From Candidatus Saccharimonadota bacterium (lineage in GTDB: Bacteria > Pseudomonadota > Gammaproteobacteria > Enterobacterales > Enterobacteriaceae): DNA of 32,000 nt. Below, piece after piece: positions 1 through 11,029 of this stretch; within the stretch, counting starts at the first letter, position 1, and every line of letters starts with the position of its first letter. The translations under genes were made by a program, and so were the position numbers. The notes beneath the pieces were generated by a model. The model ran no database searches. It was not told where the DNA came from and saw only the letters and a program-made list of their open reading frames with translations. Location of the stretch: assembly GCA_036689235.1 (NCBI GenBank), contig CP144769.1:30001-62000 (forward strand). The letters are read 5' to 3'.

Positions 1-1
1 T

Positions 2-1225
2 ATTAATTTAATTGAAAAAAAAGAATTTAAAAAATTAATTTTATCATTAGGTATAAAAAAATTTAAATATATTAATATTAAAATAAATATTCCTAATAAT
101 AAATTTTTTTTTGGTAAAGGAAAAATATTAGAATTAAAAAATATTTTTTTAAAAAATAAATATAAATTATTATTAATAAATATTAATTTAAAATATTCTC
201 AAGAATATAATATAAAAAAAATATTAAATTGTAAAATTTTAAATAAAACTAATATTATATTAAATATTTTTAAAAAAAGAGCTAATACTAATTATGGGAA
301 ATTACAAGTTAAATTAGCTTGTTTAAAATATTTAAGTACTCGTTTAATAAATAGATGGACTCATTTAGAAAGACAAAAAGGTGGTATAAAATTTATATCT
401 GGTCCTGGTGAAAAACAAATAGAAATAGATAGAAGAATTATAAAAAAAAAAATAAAAATTATTAATTTTAAATTAAAAAAAAATATTTTTCAAAGAAATA
501 ATAGTGAAAAATTAAGAAATAGATTTAATATACCTAAAATATCTTTAGTAGGATATACTAATTCAGGTAAATCAACTTTATTTAATTTATTAACTAATAG
601 TAATAATTATAATAAAAATAATTTTTTTTCAACTTTAGATGTATATATAAAAAAAATAGTTTTTTTTAAATTTAAATATAATATTTTATTATCTGATACT
701 ATAGGATTTTTAAAAAATTTACCTAAAAGTATATTAGAAGCTTTTAAAAGTACTTTAGATGAAATTAATAAATCAAAACTTATATTACATATTATTGATA
801 TTTCTAATATATATTTTAATAATAATATTAATATAGTAAATAATATTTTATCTGATATAAATATTTTTAATATACCTGTAGTATTAGTTATGAATAAAAT
901 TGATAAAATAAAAAATTGTAATAAAGGAATATATTTTAATAAAAATAATATACCTTATAAAATTTTAATTTCTGCTAAAAAGAAAATAGGTATAAATTAT
1001 ATATATGATATTATTAATTTTTATTTTTTTAATTCTATGAAAGTATATAAAATTATATTTTGTTTTAATTTTATTAAAATAATTAAAAAGGAGATATATA
1101 AGAATAGTTTTATTTTAAATGAATGAAATTATAATAATAAAAAATATTGTATTAGTATAATATGTAAAAAAAAATATATTTTAAATTTAATTAATAAATA
1201 TTCATTTATAAAAATAATAAGTTAA
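2..1225 (+). CDS. hflX: GTPase HflX (5'-partial, N-terminus upstream of window)
   Basis: Frame 2 is open from the window edge. HflX signature YGKLQVKLACLKYLSTRLINRWTHLERQKGGIKFISGPGEKQIEIDRR, then G1 GYTNSGKST, G3 DTIGF and G4 NKID. ORF-track piece 890..1126 ends at TGA (read as Trp) and the frame continues to TAA 1223-1225. Confidence 0.88.
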
Positions 1226-1228
1226 TTT

Positions 1229-1996
1229 ATGAAAAAATTTTTTTATGGTATAAATACAGTTAAAAATTTAATTTTATATAAAAAATTTTATATTAATAAA
1301 ATATTTTTATGTGTTAATAAAAATAATATAAGATTATTAAAACTTAAAAAAATAATTATTGAAAATAAAATTTGTTTAGAAATTTTAAATAAATATGTTT
1401 TTAATAAAAAATTTAAGAAATTTAATTTTATTCATCAAGGTATAATAGCTTTAGTAAAAAATAATATATTTTTTAATAATAAAAATAAATTATTAAATAT
1501 TATTAAAAATAAAAATAAATTTTTTTTAATATTAGATAATATAAATAGTCCTTATAATTTAGGTTCTTGTATAAGAACTTCTGTAGCTGCTAATATAGAT
1601 TGTATTATAATAAGTAAAAATAATTCAGTTTCTATAGAAAATAATATAGTTCATAAAATTTCTACTGGTTCAATATATAAAATATTTATTTTTCAAGTAA
1701 ATTCTATAAGTAATATAATTAATTTATTAAAATTATATAAAATTAAAATAATAGGAACATGTACAGAAAGTAATAATAATAATAATTTATATAATATTAA
1801 TTTCAATTATTATAATTCTTGTGCATTAATATTAGGTTCTGAAAAAATTGGAATGAAAAATTCCTTAAAAAAAAAATGTGATTTTTTAATAAATATACCA
1901 ATATTTAATATTAATTCATTAAATATTTCTGTTGCTTACGGTATAATTATTTTTGAAATTTTACGTAAAAAAAAAATAAAAAATAAATTAATTTAA
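1229..1996 (+). CDS. rlmB: SpoU/TrmH-family rRNA 2'-O-methyltransferase, RlmB-like
   Basis: Intact 255-aa ORF with SpoU motifs LILDNINSPYNLGSCIRT, ALILGSEKIGM and INIPIFNINSLNISVAYGIIIFE, plus an N-terminal YGINTVKNLI domain. The RlmB assignment (rather than another TrmH member) rests on architecture and hflX..rlmB synteny. Confidence 0.8.
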   Translation: MKKFFYGINTVKNLILYKKFYINKIFLCVNKNNIRLLKLKKIIIENKICLEILNKYVFNKKFKKFNFIHQGIIALVKNNIFFNNKNKLLNIIKNKNKFFLILDNINSPYNLGSCIRTSVAANIDCIIISKNNSVSIENNIVHKISTGSIYKIFIFQVNSISNIINLLKLYKIKIIGTCTESNNNNNLYNINFNYYNSCALILGSEKIGMKNSLKKKCDFLINIPIFNINSLNISVAYGIIIFEILRKKKIKNKLI

Positions 1997-2914
1997 TATA
2001 TTTCCTACAATAAATAATTTAGGATTATTAAAAAATAATTCTGATATTTTTATTATATTTCTATTATTAATTTGTATAATAGTTATTATTATTGGATAAT
2101 CTTTAGTACTTATTATTAATCCATTTTTATTATATTTTAATATTTTTCCTGGAATATTATTTTTTATATATTTTTTATAAATAATAATTGATCATATAAA
2201 AAATATATTATTTAAATAATAAAAAAATGTTTTTGGTCACTTTAAAAATGCTTTTATTTTTGTTTTTATTTCTTTAGATGTATTTTTTTTTCATATTATT
2301 AAACCATCTTGTTTTTTTATTTTTCTTGCATATGATTCGTTTTTTTTATTTTGTTTTTTATATTTTATTTTATTTTTATATATTTTTTTAATTATTTTAA
2401 TAATAATTTTGCATCCTATTTTTTGTATTTTTTTACTTAATGTTATATAATTATCTTTTTTTTTTATTAATATTTTTTTTTGATATATTATATCTCCTTC
2501 ATCTATATTATTATTAATTTTTATAATTGTTATACCGGTAATTTTATCATTTGATAATATACTTCAATATATTGGAGCTGGACCTTTTCATTTTGGTAAT
2601 AAAGATCCATGTATATTAATAAAACCAAATTTAGGTATTTTAATTATATAATTTGGTATAATTATTCCATATGAAATAATTATTCCAATATCTATATTTA
2701 AATTTTTAATTTTATATTTTATGTTTTTTATATCTTTTTTATTTTTTGTATATATTATATTTATTTTCTTGTTTTTTATTTTTTTGTTTATTATATTATT
2801 TTTTGATATAATATAAATTATATTTATAATATTTTTATTTTTTATAATTTTTTTTATAAAAGGTATACTAAAATTATTTGTTCCAAAAATTATTATATTT
2901 ATTTTATTTTTCAT
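1988..2914 (-). CDS. fmt: methionyl-tRNA formyltransferase
   Basis: ORF piece 2588..2914 (MKNKINIIIFGTNNFS...INIHGSLLPK) continues through TGA as HGSLLPK-W-KGPAPIYW. I walked the frame codon by codon: several TGA but no TAA/TAG until TAA at 1990-1988, giving 308 aa. It lies 11 nt downstream of def, as in the classic def-fmt operon. Confidence 0.9.
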
Positions 2915-2925
2915 TTATTTTTTAT

Positions 2926-3366
2926 TTAATAATCTATAATTAATTTACCATTTATATGATCTATTTCATGTTGTATACATATTGATAATAAATTTTTTAC
3001 ATAATAAATTTTTTTTTTAAATTTTAAATTATATGCTTTAAATATTAAATATTTATATCTTATTATATTTAAATATTTATTTGGTATTGATAGACATCCT
3101 TCTTTAGATTTTATTTTTTTTTTTTTTTTAATTATTTTAGGATTTATGAATACTAATTTACTATTTATTTTTTTAAATATATCTATTATTATTATAGATT
3201 TGTTAATATTAACTTGTATACCTGATAAACCTATTCCATTATTAATATACATTGTATTAAACATATTATTTATATTTTTTTTTATTTTTTTTGTTATTTT
3301 TTTTATTTTATTACTTTTTTTTCTTAATATTTTATTTGGATAAGTTAGTATTTTTAATATTGACAT
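2926..3366 (-). CDS. def: peptide deformylase
   Basis: All three Def motifs are present: GIGLSGIQV, EGCLSIP, QHEIDHINGKL. Start set at ATG 3366-3364 (MSILKILTYPNKILRKKS, a canonical Def N-terminus). The 15 extra codons in the ORF track run into tRNA-Leu. Confidence 0.92.
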   Translation of the reverse strand: MSILKILTYPNKILRKKSNKIKKITKKIKKNINNMFNTMYINNGIGLSGIQVNINKSIIIIDIFKKINSKLVFINPKIIKKKKKIKSKEGCLSIPNKYLNIIRYKYLIFKAYNLKFKKKIYYVKNLLSICIQHEIDHINGKLIIDY

Positions 3367-3384
3367 ATTTTTTTTTTTTTTTTT

Positions 3385-3469
3385 TACCCAAGGCGGGATT
3401 CGAACCCGCATGATTTATTAAAATCGAGGGATTTTAAGTCCCTTGTGTCTACCTTTCCACCACTAGGGT
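3385..3469 (-). tRNA. tRNA-Leu (anticodon UAA), class II with long variable arm
   Basis: Minus-strand sequence ACCCTAG TG GTG GAAAGGTAGA CAC A AGGGA CTTAAAA TCCCT CGATTTTAATAAATCAT GCGGG TTCGAAT CCCGC CTTGGGT A. It folds as a cloverleaf with a T-loop TTCGAAT, anticodon loop CT-TAA-AA, a GATTT/AAATC variable-arm stem and one T-T mismatch in the acceptor stem. No CCA is encoded. Confidence 0.85.
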
Positions 3470-3484
3470 ATTAAATTTATTTAA

Positions 3485-3555
3485 AAGCGTGTCTCGGAAT
3501 TGAACCGAGATATATGGATTTGCAATCCACTGCATTACCTATCTGCCAACACGCT
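3485..3555 (-). tRNA. tRNA-Cys (anticodon GCA)
   Basis: Minus-strand sequence AGCGTGT TG GCAGATAGGTAATGC A GTGGA TTGCAAA TCCAT ATAT CTCGG TTCAATT CCGAG ACACGCT T. The 7-bp acceptor stem is perfect, the T-arm is CTCGG/CCGAG, and the anticodon loop is TT-GCA-AA. Length 71 nt, no CCA encoded. Confidence 0.85.
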
Positions 3556-3702
3556 TTATTATATATATAATATAATATTTTTTAAAATAAATATATAATT
3601 AAAATATATAATTTTAATTTAATATTAATTTATTAATATAAATATATAATATATAATAATATATTTATTTAGTTGTTTGTTATTTTATTTTAAAGGTGAA
3701 AT
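3556..3702. promoter_or_regulatory. divergent intergenic region; presumed promoters for rpsL supercluster (+) and tRNA-Cys/tRNA-Leu/def/fmt (-)
   Basis: This is the only non-coding DNA between two divergently oriented units. It contains many TATAAT-like hexamers, so no single -10 can be singled out. A Shine-Dalgarno-like AAGGTGA sits at 3693-3699, just upstream of the rpsL ATG at 3703. Confidence 0.4.
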
Positions 3703-4071
3703 ATGTCTACTATTAATAAATTAGTTTTAAAATCTCGTAAAAAAAAAAAAAATAAAAATAATGTTCCTGCGTTAAGTTGTTGTCCTCAAAAAAGAGGTGT
3801 ATGTATAAAAGTGTATACTACTACTCCTAAAAAACCTAATTCAGCTTTAAGAAAAGTGTGTAGAGTACGTTTAACTAATAATTTTGAAGTTACTGCATAT
3901 ATTCCAGGTGAAGGTCATAATTTACAAGAGCATTCTGTTGTTTTAATTAGAGGTGGTAGAGTTAAAGATTTACCTGGTGTTCGTTATCATGTAATTCGTG
4001 GTTCTTTAGATTGTAATGGTGTTAAAGATAGAAAGAAATCTAGATCTAAATATGGAGTTAAAAAAGTATAA
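3703..4071 (+). CDS. rpsL: 30S ribosomal protein S12
   Basis: 122-aa ORF containing [76 protein letters not shown], near-identical to canonical S12. Confidence 0.98.
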   Translation: MSTINKLVLKSRKKKKNKNNVPALSCCPQKRGVCIKVYTTTPKKPNSALRKVCRVRLTNNFEVTAYIPGEGHNLQEHSVVLIRGGRVKDLPGVRYHVIRGSLDCNGVKDRKKSRSKYGVKKV

Positions 4072-4092
4072 TTTTAATAAAAGAGATATTAT

Positions 4093-4566
4093 ATGTCACG
4101 TAAAAAAATAAGTATTAATCATAGAATTTCTTTAGATTATATATATGGTTCTAAATTAATTAATAAATTTATTAATATTTTAATGTTAAGTGGTAAAAAA
4201 TCTATTGCTGAAAATATTTTATATAATTCTTTAAAAATATTATCTAATAAAATAAAGAAAAAAAAAGAAAATTTATTAAGAATTGCTATAGAAAATGTTA
4301 AGCCTATTGTTGAAGTTAAATCTCGTAGAGTAGGTGGTACAACTTATCAAATTCCTATAGAAGTTAGACCTTCTAGAGGATATACTTTAGCTATTCGTTG
4401 AATAGTATTTTATGCTAGAAAAAGATCAAAAAAAAAAAAAATGTTTTTAAAATTAGCAGATGAATTATTTGATGTTATAAATAAAAGAGGTAATTCTATT
4501 AAAAAACGTGATGAAGTTCATCGTATTGCAGAATCTAATAAAGCTTTTGCTCATTACAGATGATAA
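4093..4566 (+). CDS. rpsG: 30S ribosomal protein S7
   Basis: ORF piece 4093..4401 ends at TGA and the frame continues ([13 protein letters not shown]...[18 protein letters not shown]) to TAA 4564-4566. The AFAHYRW C-terminus is the canonical S7 end. 157 aa. Confidence 0.95.
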
Positions 4567-4589
4567 AAATTATTAAGGAATTAAATTAA

Positions 4590-6716
4590 ATGTCTCGTAA
4601 AACTTCTATATATAATTATAGAAATATAGGAATTAGTGCTCATATTGATGCAGGAAAAACAACTCTTACTGAAAGAATTTTATTTTATACTGGTGTAAAT
4701 TATAAATTAGGTGAAGTTCATTATGGTACTGCTACTATGGATTGAATGGAGCAAGAACAAGAAAGAGGAATTACTATAACTTCAGCTTCTACTACTACTT
4801 TTTGATCAGGTATGTTTAGACAATTTAAATCACCTTATAGAATAAATATAATTGATACTCCTGGACATGTTGATTTTACTATAGAAGTAGAAAGATCTAT
4901 GAGAATTTTAGATGGAGCTATTATGGTTTACTGTTCTGTTGGTGGTGTTCAACCTCAGTCTGAAACTGTTTGAAGACAAGTTAATAAGTATAAAGTACCT
5001 AGGATAGCTTTTATTAATAAAATGGATAGAGTTGGAGCTAATTTTTATAGTGTTGTTGAACAATTAGTTAATAAATTTAATATTATTGTTTTACCTATAC
5101 AAATTCCTATAATTAATAAAGATAAATTTTTTGGTATTATAGATTTAATTAATTTAAAATGTATATCTTGAGAAAATGATGATTTAGGTATAAATTTTAG
5201 TATAAAAAATATTTGTAAAAATAATAAATTGTATGATTTATCTAATTTTTGACGTCAAAAAATTTTAGAATTTGTTGCAGATAAATCTGAATTATTAATG
5301 AATAAATATTTAAATAATATTAATTTTAATGAATGTGAAATAAAATCAGTTTTAAGAAATGAAGTTTTAAAAAATAATGTTTTGTTAGTTACTTGTGGAT
5401 CTGCTTTTAAAAATAAGGGTATTCAATGTTTATTAGATTCTATAATAGATTATTTACCTTGTCCTAAAGATTTAAATAATATTAATGGTTTAGATATTAA
5501 AAAAAATATTATAAATCGTAAAATAAGTGATAATGAGTTTTTTTCTGCTTTGGCTTTTAAAGTAGTTAATGATATTTTTGTTGGTAATTTAACTTTTTTA
5601 AGAATTTATTCTGGTTATATGAAGTCTGGTGATATAATTTTAAATTCTAATAAAAATAAGCGTGAAAGAATAGGTCGAATTGTACAAATGCATGCTAATA
5701 AAAAAGAAGAAATTAAAGAGGTATTTTCTGGAGATATAGCTGCTGTAATAGGTTTAAAAGATGTAAGTACTGGAGATACTTTATGTGATATAAATAATCC
5801 TATTATTTTAGAAAAAATGGATTTTCCTAATCCTGTTATATCTATATCTTTAGAACCTAAAACTAAAGATGATCAAGAAAAGTTAGGTATTGCTTTATCT
5901 AAATTATCTAAAGAAGATCCTTCTTTTAAAAATTCATTTGATGTTGAATCTAATCAAACTATAATATCTGGTATGGGTGAATTACATTTAGATATTATTA
6001 TTGATAGAATGAAAAGAGAATTTAATGTTGATTGTAATAAAGGTAAACCGCAAGTTGCTTATAGAGAAACTATATTAAATAGTATTAATTCTATTGAAGG
6101 TAAGTATATAAAACAAACTGGTGGTAGAGGACAATATGGTCATGTAGTTATAGATTTATTTCCTTTATTAAAGTCTGATTATAAATTAGCTAAGAATGGA
6201 TATTTATTTATAAATGATATTAAAGGTGGTGTAATTCCTAATGAATATATATCTGCTATTGATAAAGGTATATATGATCAATTGAAATCTGGTCCATTGG
6301 CTGGTTATCCTGTTACTAATATTAAAGTTAGATTATTTTTTGGATCTTATCATGATGTAGATTCATCTGAAATAGCTTTTAAAATGGCAGCTTCTATAGC
6401 TTTTAAAAAAGCATTTTTAAAAGCTAATCCTGTTATATTAGAACCTATTATGAAAGTTGAAATTGAAACTCCTGAAAAATATATAGGTGATATAATAGGT
6501 GATTTAAATCGTCGTAGAGGTATTATAGAACAAATATATGATATTAATTTAGGTAAATTAGTAAAATCATATGTTCCTTTATCTGAAATGTTTGGTTATG
6601 CTACAGATTTAAGGTCTTGTACTCAAGGTAGAGCATTATATTCTATGGAATTTTATAAATATTCTATATCTCCTAGTCATATATGTAAAAAGATAGTAGA
6701 ATTACGTAGTAAATAA
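4590..6716 (+). CDS. fusA: elongation factor G
   Basis: ATG 4590 gives [35 protein letters not shown]...[20 protein letters not shown]...[15 protein letters not shown]...NKMDR. It is in the same frame as ORF piece 5298..6716 and is joined through several TGA codons. 708 aa. Confidence 0.97.
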
Positions 6717-6747
6717 TAATTTATAATTTATTAGAGGAAATATATAT

Positions 6748-7932
6748 ATGTCAAAAGAAAAATTTGATCGTAATAAAGTTCATATAAATGTTGGTACTAT
6801 AGGTCATGTAGATCACGGTAAAACTACTTTAACTTCAGCAATAACTACTATTTTATCAAAAAAATATGGAGGTAAAGCGTGTGCTTTTGATCAAATAGAT
6901 AATGCTCCTGAAGAAAAAGCACGTGGAATTACTATAAATACTTCTCATGTTGAATATGATACTTCTGTTAGACATTATGCTCATGTTGATTGTCCTGGTC
7001 ATGCTGATTATATAAAAAATATGATAACTGGTGCTGCTCAAATGGATGGGGCTATTTTAGTTGTTGCAGCTACTGATGGTCCTATGCCTCAAACTAGAGA
7101 ACATATTTTGTTAGCTCGTCAAGTAGGTGTTCCTCATATAGTTGTTTTTTTAAATAAATGTGATATGGTTAATGATGAGGAATTATTAGAATTAGTTGAA
7201 ATGGAAATAAGAGATATATTAAATCAATATAATTTTTCTGGTGATAAAGTACCTATTATTAGAGGTTCAGCTTTAAAAGCATTAGAAGGTATAAAAGAAT
7301 GAGAAGATAAAATATTTGATTTAGCAGATTCTCTTGATAATTATATTCCTAATCCTGTTAGAGATATTAATAAACCATTTTTAATGCCTATTGAGGATAT
7401 TTTTTCTATTTCAGGTAGAGGAACTGTAGTTACTGGTAGAATAGAAAAAGGGATTATAAAAGTTGGAGATGAAGTTGAAATTGTGGGGATACGTGATACA
7501 AAAAAATCTATATGTACTGGTATAGAAATGTTTCGTAAATTATTAGATGAAGGAAGAGCTGGGGAAAATGTTGGTATATTATTAAGGGGGATTAAGAGGG
7601 AAGAAATAGAAAGAGGTCAAGTTTTATCTAAAATTAATAGTATTAATCCTCATACTTCTTTTGAAGCTGAAGTATATGTTTTATCTAAAGAGGAAGGTGG
7701 TAGACATACTGCTTTTTTAAATGGTTATCGTCCTCAATTTTATTTTCGTACTACTGATGTTACTGGTACTATAAAATTACCAAAAAATATGGAAATGGTA
7801 ATGCCTGGAGATAATGTTAAACTTTTTGTTAAATTATTTAATCCTATTGCAATGGATGAAGGTTTACGTTTTGCTATAAGAGAAGGTGGACGTACAGTTG
7901 GTGCTGGTATAGTAAGTAAAATAATATTATAA
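6748..7932 (+). CDS. tuf: elongation factor Tu
   Basis: ORF pieces 6748..7302 and 7384..7932 share a frame and are joined by TGA 7300-7302 ([40 protein letters not shown]). [17 protein letters not shown] and NKCD motifs are present. 394 aa. Confidence 0.98.
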
Positions 7933-7949
7933 TTTTAAAATTTAATTAT

Positions 7950-8261
7950 ATGAAAAATCAAAGAATAAGAATTAAATTAAAGTCTTTTGATCATAGATTA
8001 ATTGATATTTCTACTTTAGAAATAATAGAGACAGCTAAAAAAACTGGAGCTCAAATTTGTGGCCCTATTCCTTTACCTACTTCTATTGAACGTTTTACAA
8101 TATTAGTATCTCCTCATGTTGATAAAGATGCTAGAGATCAATATGAAATTAGAACTCATAAACGTTTAATAGATATAATTGAATCTACTGATAGGACAGT
8201 TGATGCTTTAATGAAATTAAATTTAGCTTCTGGTGTTGATGTTCAAATTAGTTTAAATTAA
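7950..8261 (+). CDS. rpsJ: 30S ribosomal protein S10
   Basis: 103-aa [25 protein letters not shown]...RTHKRLIDI, canonical S10 in the expected position after tuf. Confidence 0.97.
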   Translation: MKNQRIRIKLKSFDHRLIDISTLEIIETAKKTGAQICGPIPLPTSIERFTILVSPHVDKDARDQYEIRTHKRLIDIIESTDRTVDALMKLNLASGVDVQISLN

Positions 8262-8279
8262 TATTTATATTTTAATAAA

Positions 8280-8891
8280 ATGATATCATTAATTGGAAAA
8301 AAAATAGGTATGACAAGTATTTTTATTAATAATATTTTAGTACCTGTTACAGTAATTAAAATAAATTATAATATTATTACTTGTATAATTAAATATAATA
8401 ATAAGTATTCTACTCAAATTACTGTGATTGATAAAAAAAAAAATAAACATTTAAATAAATGTCAATTAGGTTTTTTTAAAAAAATAAATTTAAATTATGG
8501 AAGTAATTTATGAGAAGTTCCTTATAATAAAAAAATACATACTCATATTGGAAAAATTTTAAACATTAATTTATTAATTAATATTAAAAAGGTAAATATT
8601 ACAGGTTATTCAAAAGGTAAAGGTTTTTGTGGTACTATAAAAAGATGAAATTTTAGTTCTCAAGATAGTTCTCATGGAAATTCTTTGTCTCATAGAGTTC
8701 CAGGTTCTATAGGTCAAAATCAAAGTCCTGGTAAAGTATTTAAAGGAAAAAAGATGTCTGGTCATTTAGGTAATAATAAAATTACTATTAAAAAATTAAA
8801 AATAATTAAAATATATAATGAAAAAAATATTTTGTTATTAAAAGGATCAGTTCCTGGTTGTAATAATAGTAATTTAATTATTAAGTCTTAA
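8280..8891 (+). CDS. rplC: 50S ribosomal protein L3
   Basis: Pieces 8280..8513 and 8685..8891 share a frame and are bridged through two TGA codons ([52 protein letters not shown]). 203 aa. Confidence 0.96.
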
Positions 8892-8921
8892 TTATAATAA
8901 ATATAATATTGATATAAAATT

Positions 8922-9533
8922 ATGGATATAATATTAAAAGATAATTTTTTAAATATAAAAGTATCTAATAAAATTTTAAATATTCCTTTAAATATTAATT
9001 TAATACATCAAGTTATTAGATCTTATAGAATTAATTTACGTAAAGGTAATGTTTCTCAAAAATCTAGATCTGAGGTTAAAGGTTCTAAAAAGAAACCATG
9101 AAAACAAAAAGGTACTGGTAGAGCTAGGTGTGGTTCTATTAAAAGTCCTTTATGACGTTCTGGTGGTGTAGTATTTGCTAATAAACCTAAAAAATATTTT
9201 TTAAAAGTTAATAGAAAAATGTATATTGGTGCATTTAAAAGTATTTTATCAGAACTTTTTAGACAATCTAGATTACATATTGTTAATGATATTAATATTA
9301 AAAAACCTAAAACTAAAGAATTTATTAGAAAATTTAATTTTATTAATTTAGATAAATTATTAATTGTAATTCATGATTACAAAAAAAATTTATTTTTATC
9401 TTCTAGAAATTTATATAATGTTTATATTTGTTTAGTTAATAATTTAAATATTATAAATCTTATAAAATATAAAAATATAATTTTTACTTTAAAATCTTTT
9501 AAAATAATTGAGGAAAGATTAATTAATGTGTAA
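8922..9533 (+). CDS. rplD: 50S ribosomal protein L4
   Basis: ATG 8922 gives MDIILKDNFLN...[43 protein letters not shown], in frame with ORF piece 9219..9533. 203 aa. Confidence 0.95.
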
Positions 9534-9825
9534 AAAATTTTATTTAGATATTATTAAAAAACCTTTTTTTTCTAAAAAGTCTTCTTTTTTATATAAAAAT
9601 AATAATACTTTAGTTTTTATAGTTAAATCTAAAGTTAATAAATTAACTATATATTTTTCTATAAAAAAGATTTTTGGTTTTAAGATTAAAAAAATAAGAA
9701 CTTTATTAATAAAAAAGAAAATTAAATCAAAAAATAAGAAGAATAATTGTGTTAAAATTTTAAAAAAAGTTTATGTTATTTTAAGAAAAAATCAAAATAT
9801 TAATATTATTAATAAATTAAATTAA
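9526..9825 (+). CDS. rplW: 50S ribosomal protein L23
   Basis: 99-aa ORF in the conserved slot between rplD and rplB. The weak but recognisable L23 pattern is IIKKPFFSKKSSFLYKNNNTLVFIVKSKVNKLTIYFSIKKIFGFKIKKIRT. Overlaps rplD by 8 nt. Confidence 0.85.
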   Translation: MCKKFYLDIIKKPFFSKKSSFLYKNNNTLVFIVKSKVNKLTIYFSIKKIFGFKIKKIRTLLIKKKIKSKNKKNNCVKILKKVYVILRKNQNINIINKLN

Positions 9826-9835
9826 TTAAAATATT

Positions 9836-10660
9836 ATGAGTATTAAAAAATATAATCCTACTTCTCCTGGTTTTAGACATAAAATTAAATTATTTAATTC
9901 TAATATTTATAAAGGTAGACCTTATTATAAATTAACATCAAATAAAAATAAAACTGGTGGTCGTAATAATTTAGGTCGTATTACTGTTAGACATATTGGA
10001 GGAGGACATAAAAAAAAATATCGTATTTTAGATTTTAAAAGAAATAAATATAATATTTTAGGGAAAGTTGAAAGAATTGAATATGATCCTAATAGATCTT
10101 CTTTAATAGCTTTAATTTTATATAAAGATGGTGAAAGAAGATATATTTTATATCCTGAAGGAATTAAAGTAGGTGATTATATTGAATCTGGAAATAATGT
10201 TTCTATTAAATTAGGTAATTGTTTACCTATTAAAAATATACCTATTGGTACTTATTTACATAATATAGAATTAATTCCAAATAAAGGAGGTCAATTATCT
10301 AGATCTGCAGGTTCTTATTCTCAATTAATTGTTTTTGAAAAAAATTATGCTATATTAAGATTACGTTCTAATGAAATAAGAAAAATTAATTTTTTATGTA
10401 AAGCTACTATAGGAAAAGTAGGTAATTCTAAACATATGTTGTGTGTTTTAGGTAAAGCTGGTTCTTCTCGTTGGTTAGGTATTAGACCTACTGTTAGAGG
10501 TACTGCTATGAATCCTATTGATCATCCTCATGGAGGTGGTGAAGGAAGAAATTTTGGTAAACATCCAGTTACTCCTTGGGGTTTTTCAACTAAAGGTAAA
10601 AAAACTCGTAGAAATAAAAGTACTAATAAATTTATTATAAAATTTCGTGGTAAAAAGTAA
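9836..10660 (+). CDS. rplB: 50S ribosomal protein L2
   Basis: 274-aa ORF with [29 protein letters not shown]...[18 protein letters not shown]. Uses TGG for Trp at 10472-10474. Confidence 0.98.
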   Translation: MSIKKYNPTSPGFRHKIKLFNSNIYKGRPYYKLTSNKNKTGGRNNLGRITVRHIGGGHKKKYRILDFKRNKYNILGKVERIEYDPNRSSLIALILYKDGERRYILYPEGIKVGDYIESGNNVSIKLGNCLPIKNIPIGTYLHNIELIPNKGGQLSRSAGSYSQLIVFEKNYAILRLRSNEIRKINFLCKATIGKVGNSKHMLCVLGKAGSSRWLGIRPTVRGTAMNPIDHPHGGGEGRNFGKHPVTPWGFSTKGKKTRRNKSTNKFIIKFRGKK

Positions 10661-10711
10661 TTTATTATTTTTATTTTATTTTTTTTTTAATTTGGAGAAT
10701 TATTAATTATT

Positions 10712-11014
10712 ATGTCTCGTTCTTTTAAAAAAGGTCCATTTATTGATATATCTTTACTTAAAAAAATAAGAAAATTTATTTCTAGTAATAAAAAAGGTAT
10801 TATAAATACTTGATCTAGACGTTCTACAATTTTACCTGATATGGTTGGTTTAACTATAGGTGTTCATAATGGTAGAAAACATATACCTGTATATATTACT
10901 GAAGAAATGATAGGTCATAAATTGGGTGAGTTTTCACCTACAAGAACTTATAGAGGTCATTTATCTATTAATAAAAAAAATAGTAATATTGATAAAAATA
11001 AAAGGAATATATAA
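10712..11014 (+). CDS. rpsS: 30S ribosomal protein S19
   Basis: Missed by the ORF track because it is split by [22 protein letters not shown]...[53 protein letters not shown], with stop TAA 11012-11014. GGAGA lies at 10694-10698 upstream. Confidence 0.95.
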
Positions 11015-11029
11015 ATTTTAGGTTTTTTT

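Noticed and set aside
3146-3343. 65-aa + strand ORF
   Set aside because: It lies antisense to def, is a low-complexity Ile/Leu/Phe product of poly-Lys-coding antisense sequence, and has no motif.
3367-3411. N-terminal extension of the def ORF (MRVRIPPWVKKKKKN) given in the ORF track
   Set aside because: It is the antisense-independent read-through of the tRNA-Leu T-arm/acceptor and the poly(A) spacer. The canonical Def N-terminus begins at the internal ATG 3366.
6856-7041. 61-aa minus-strand ORF inside tuf
   Set aside because: It is antisense to the most conserved part of EF-Tu and shows no independent coding signal.
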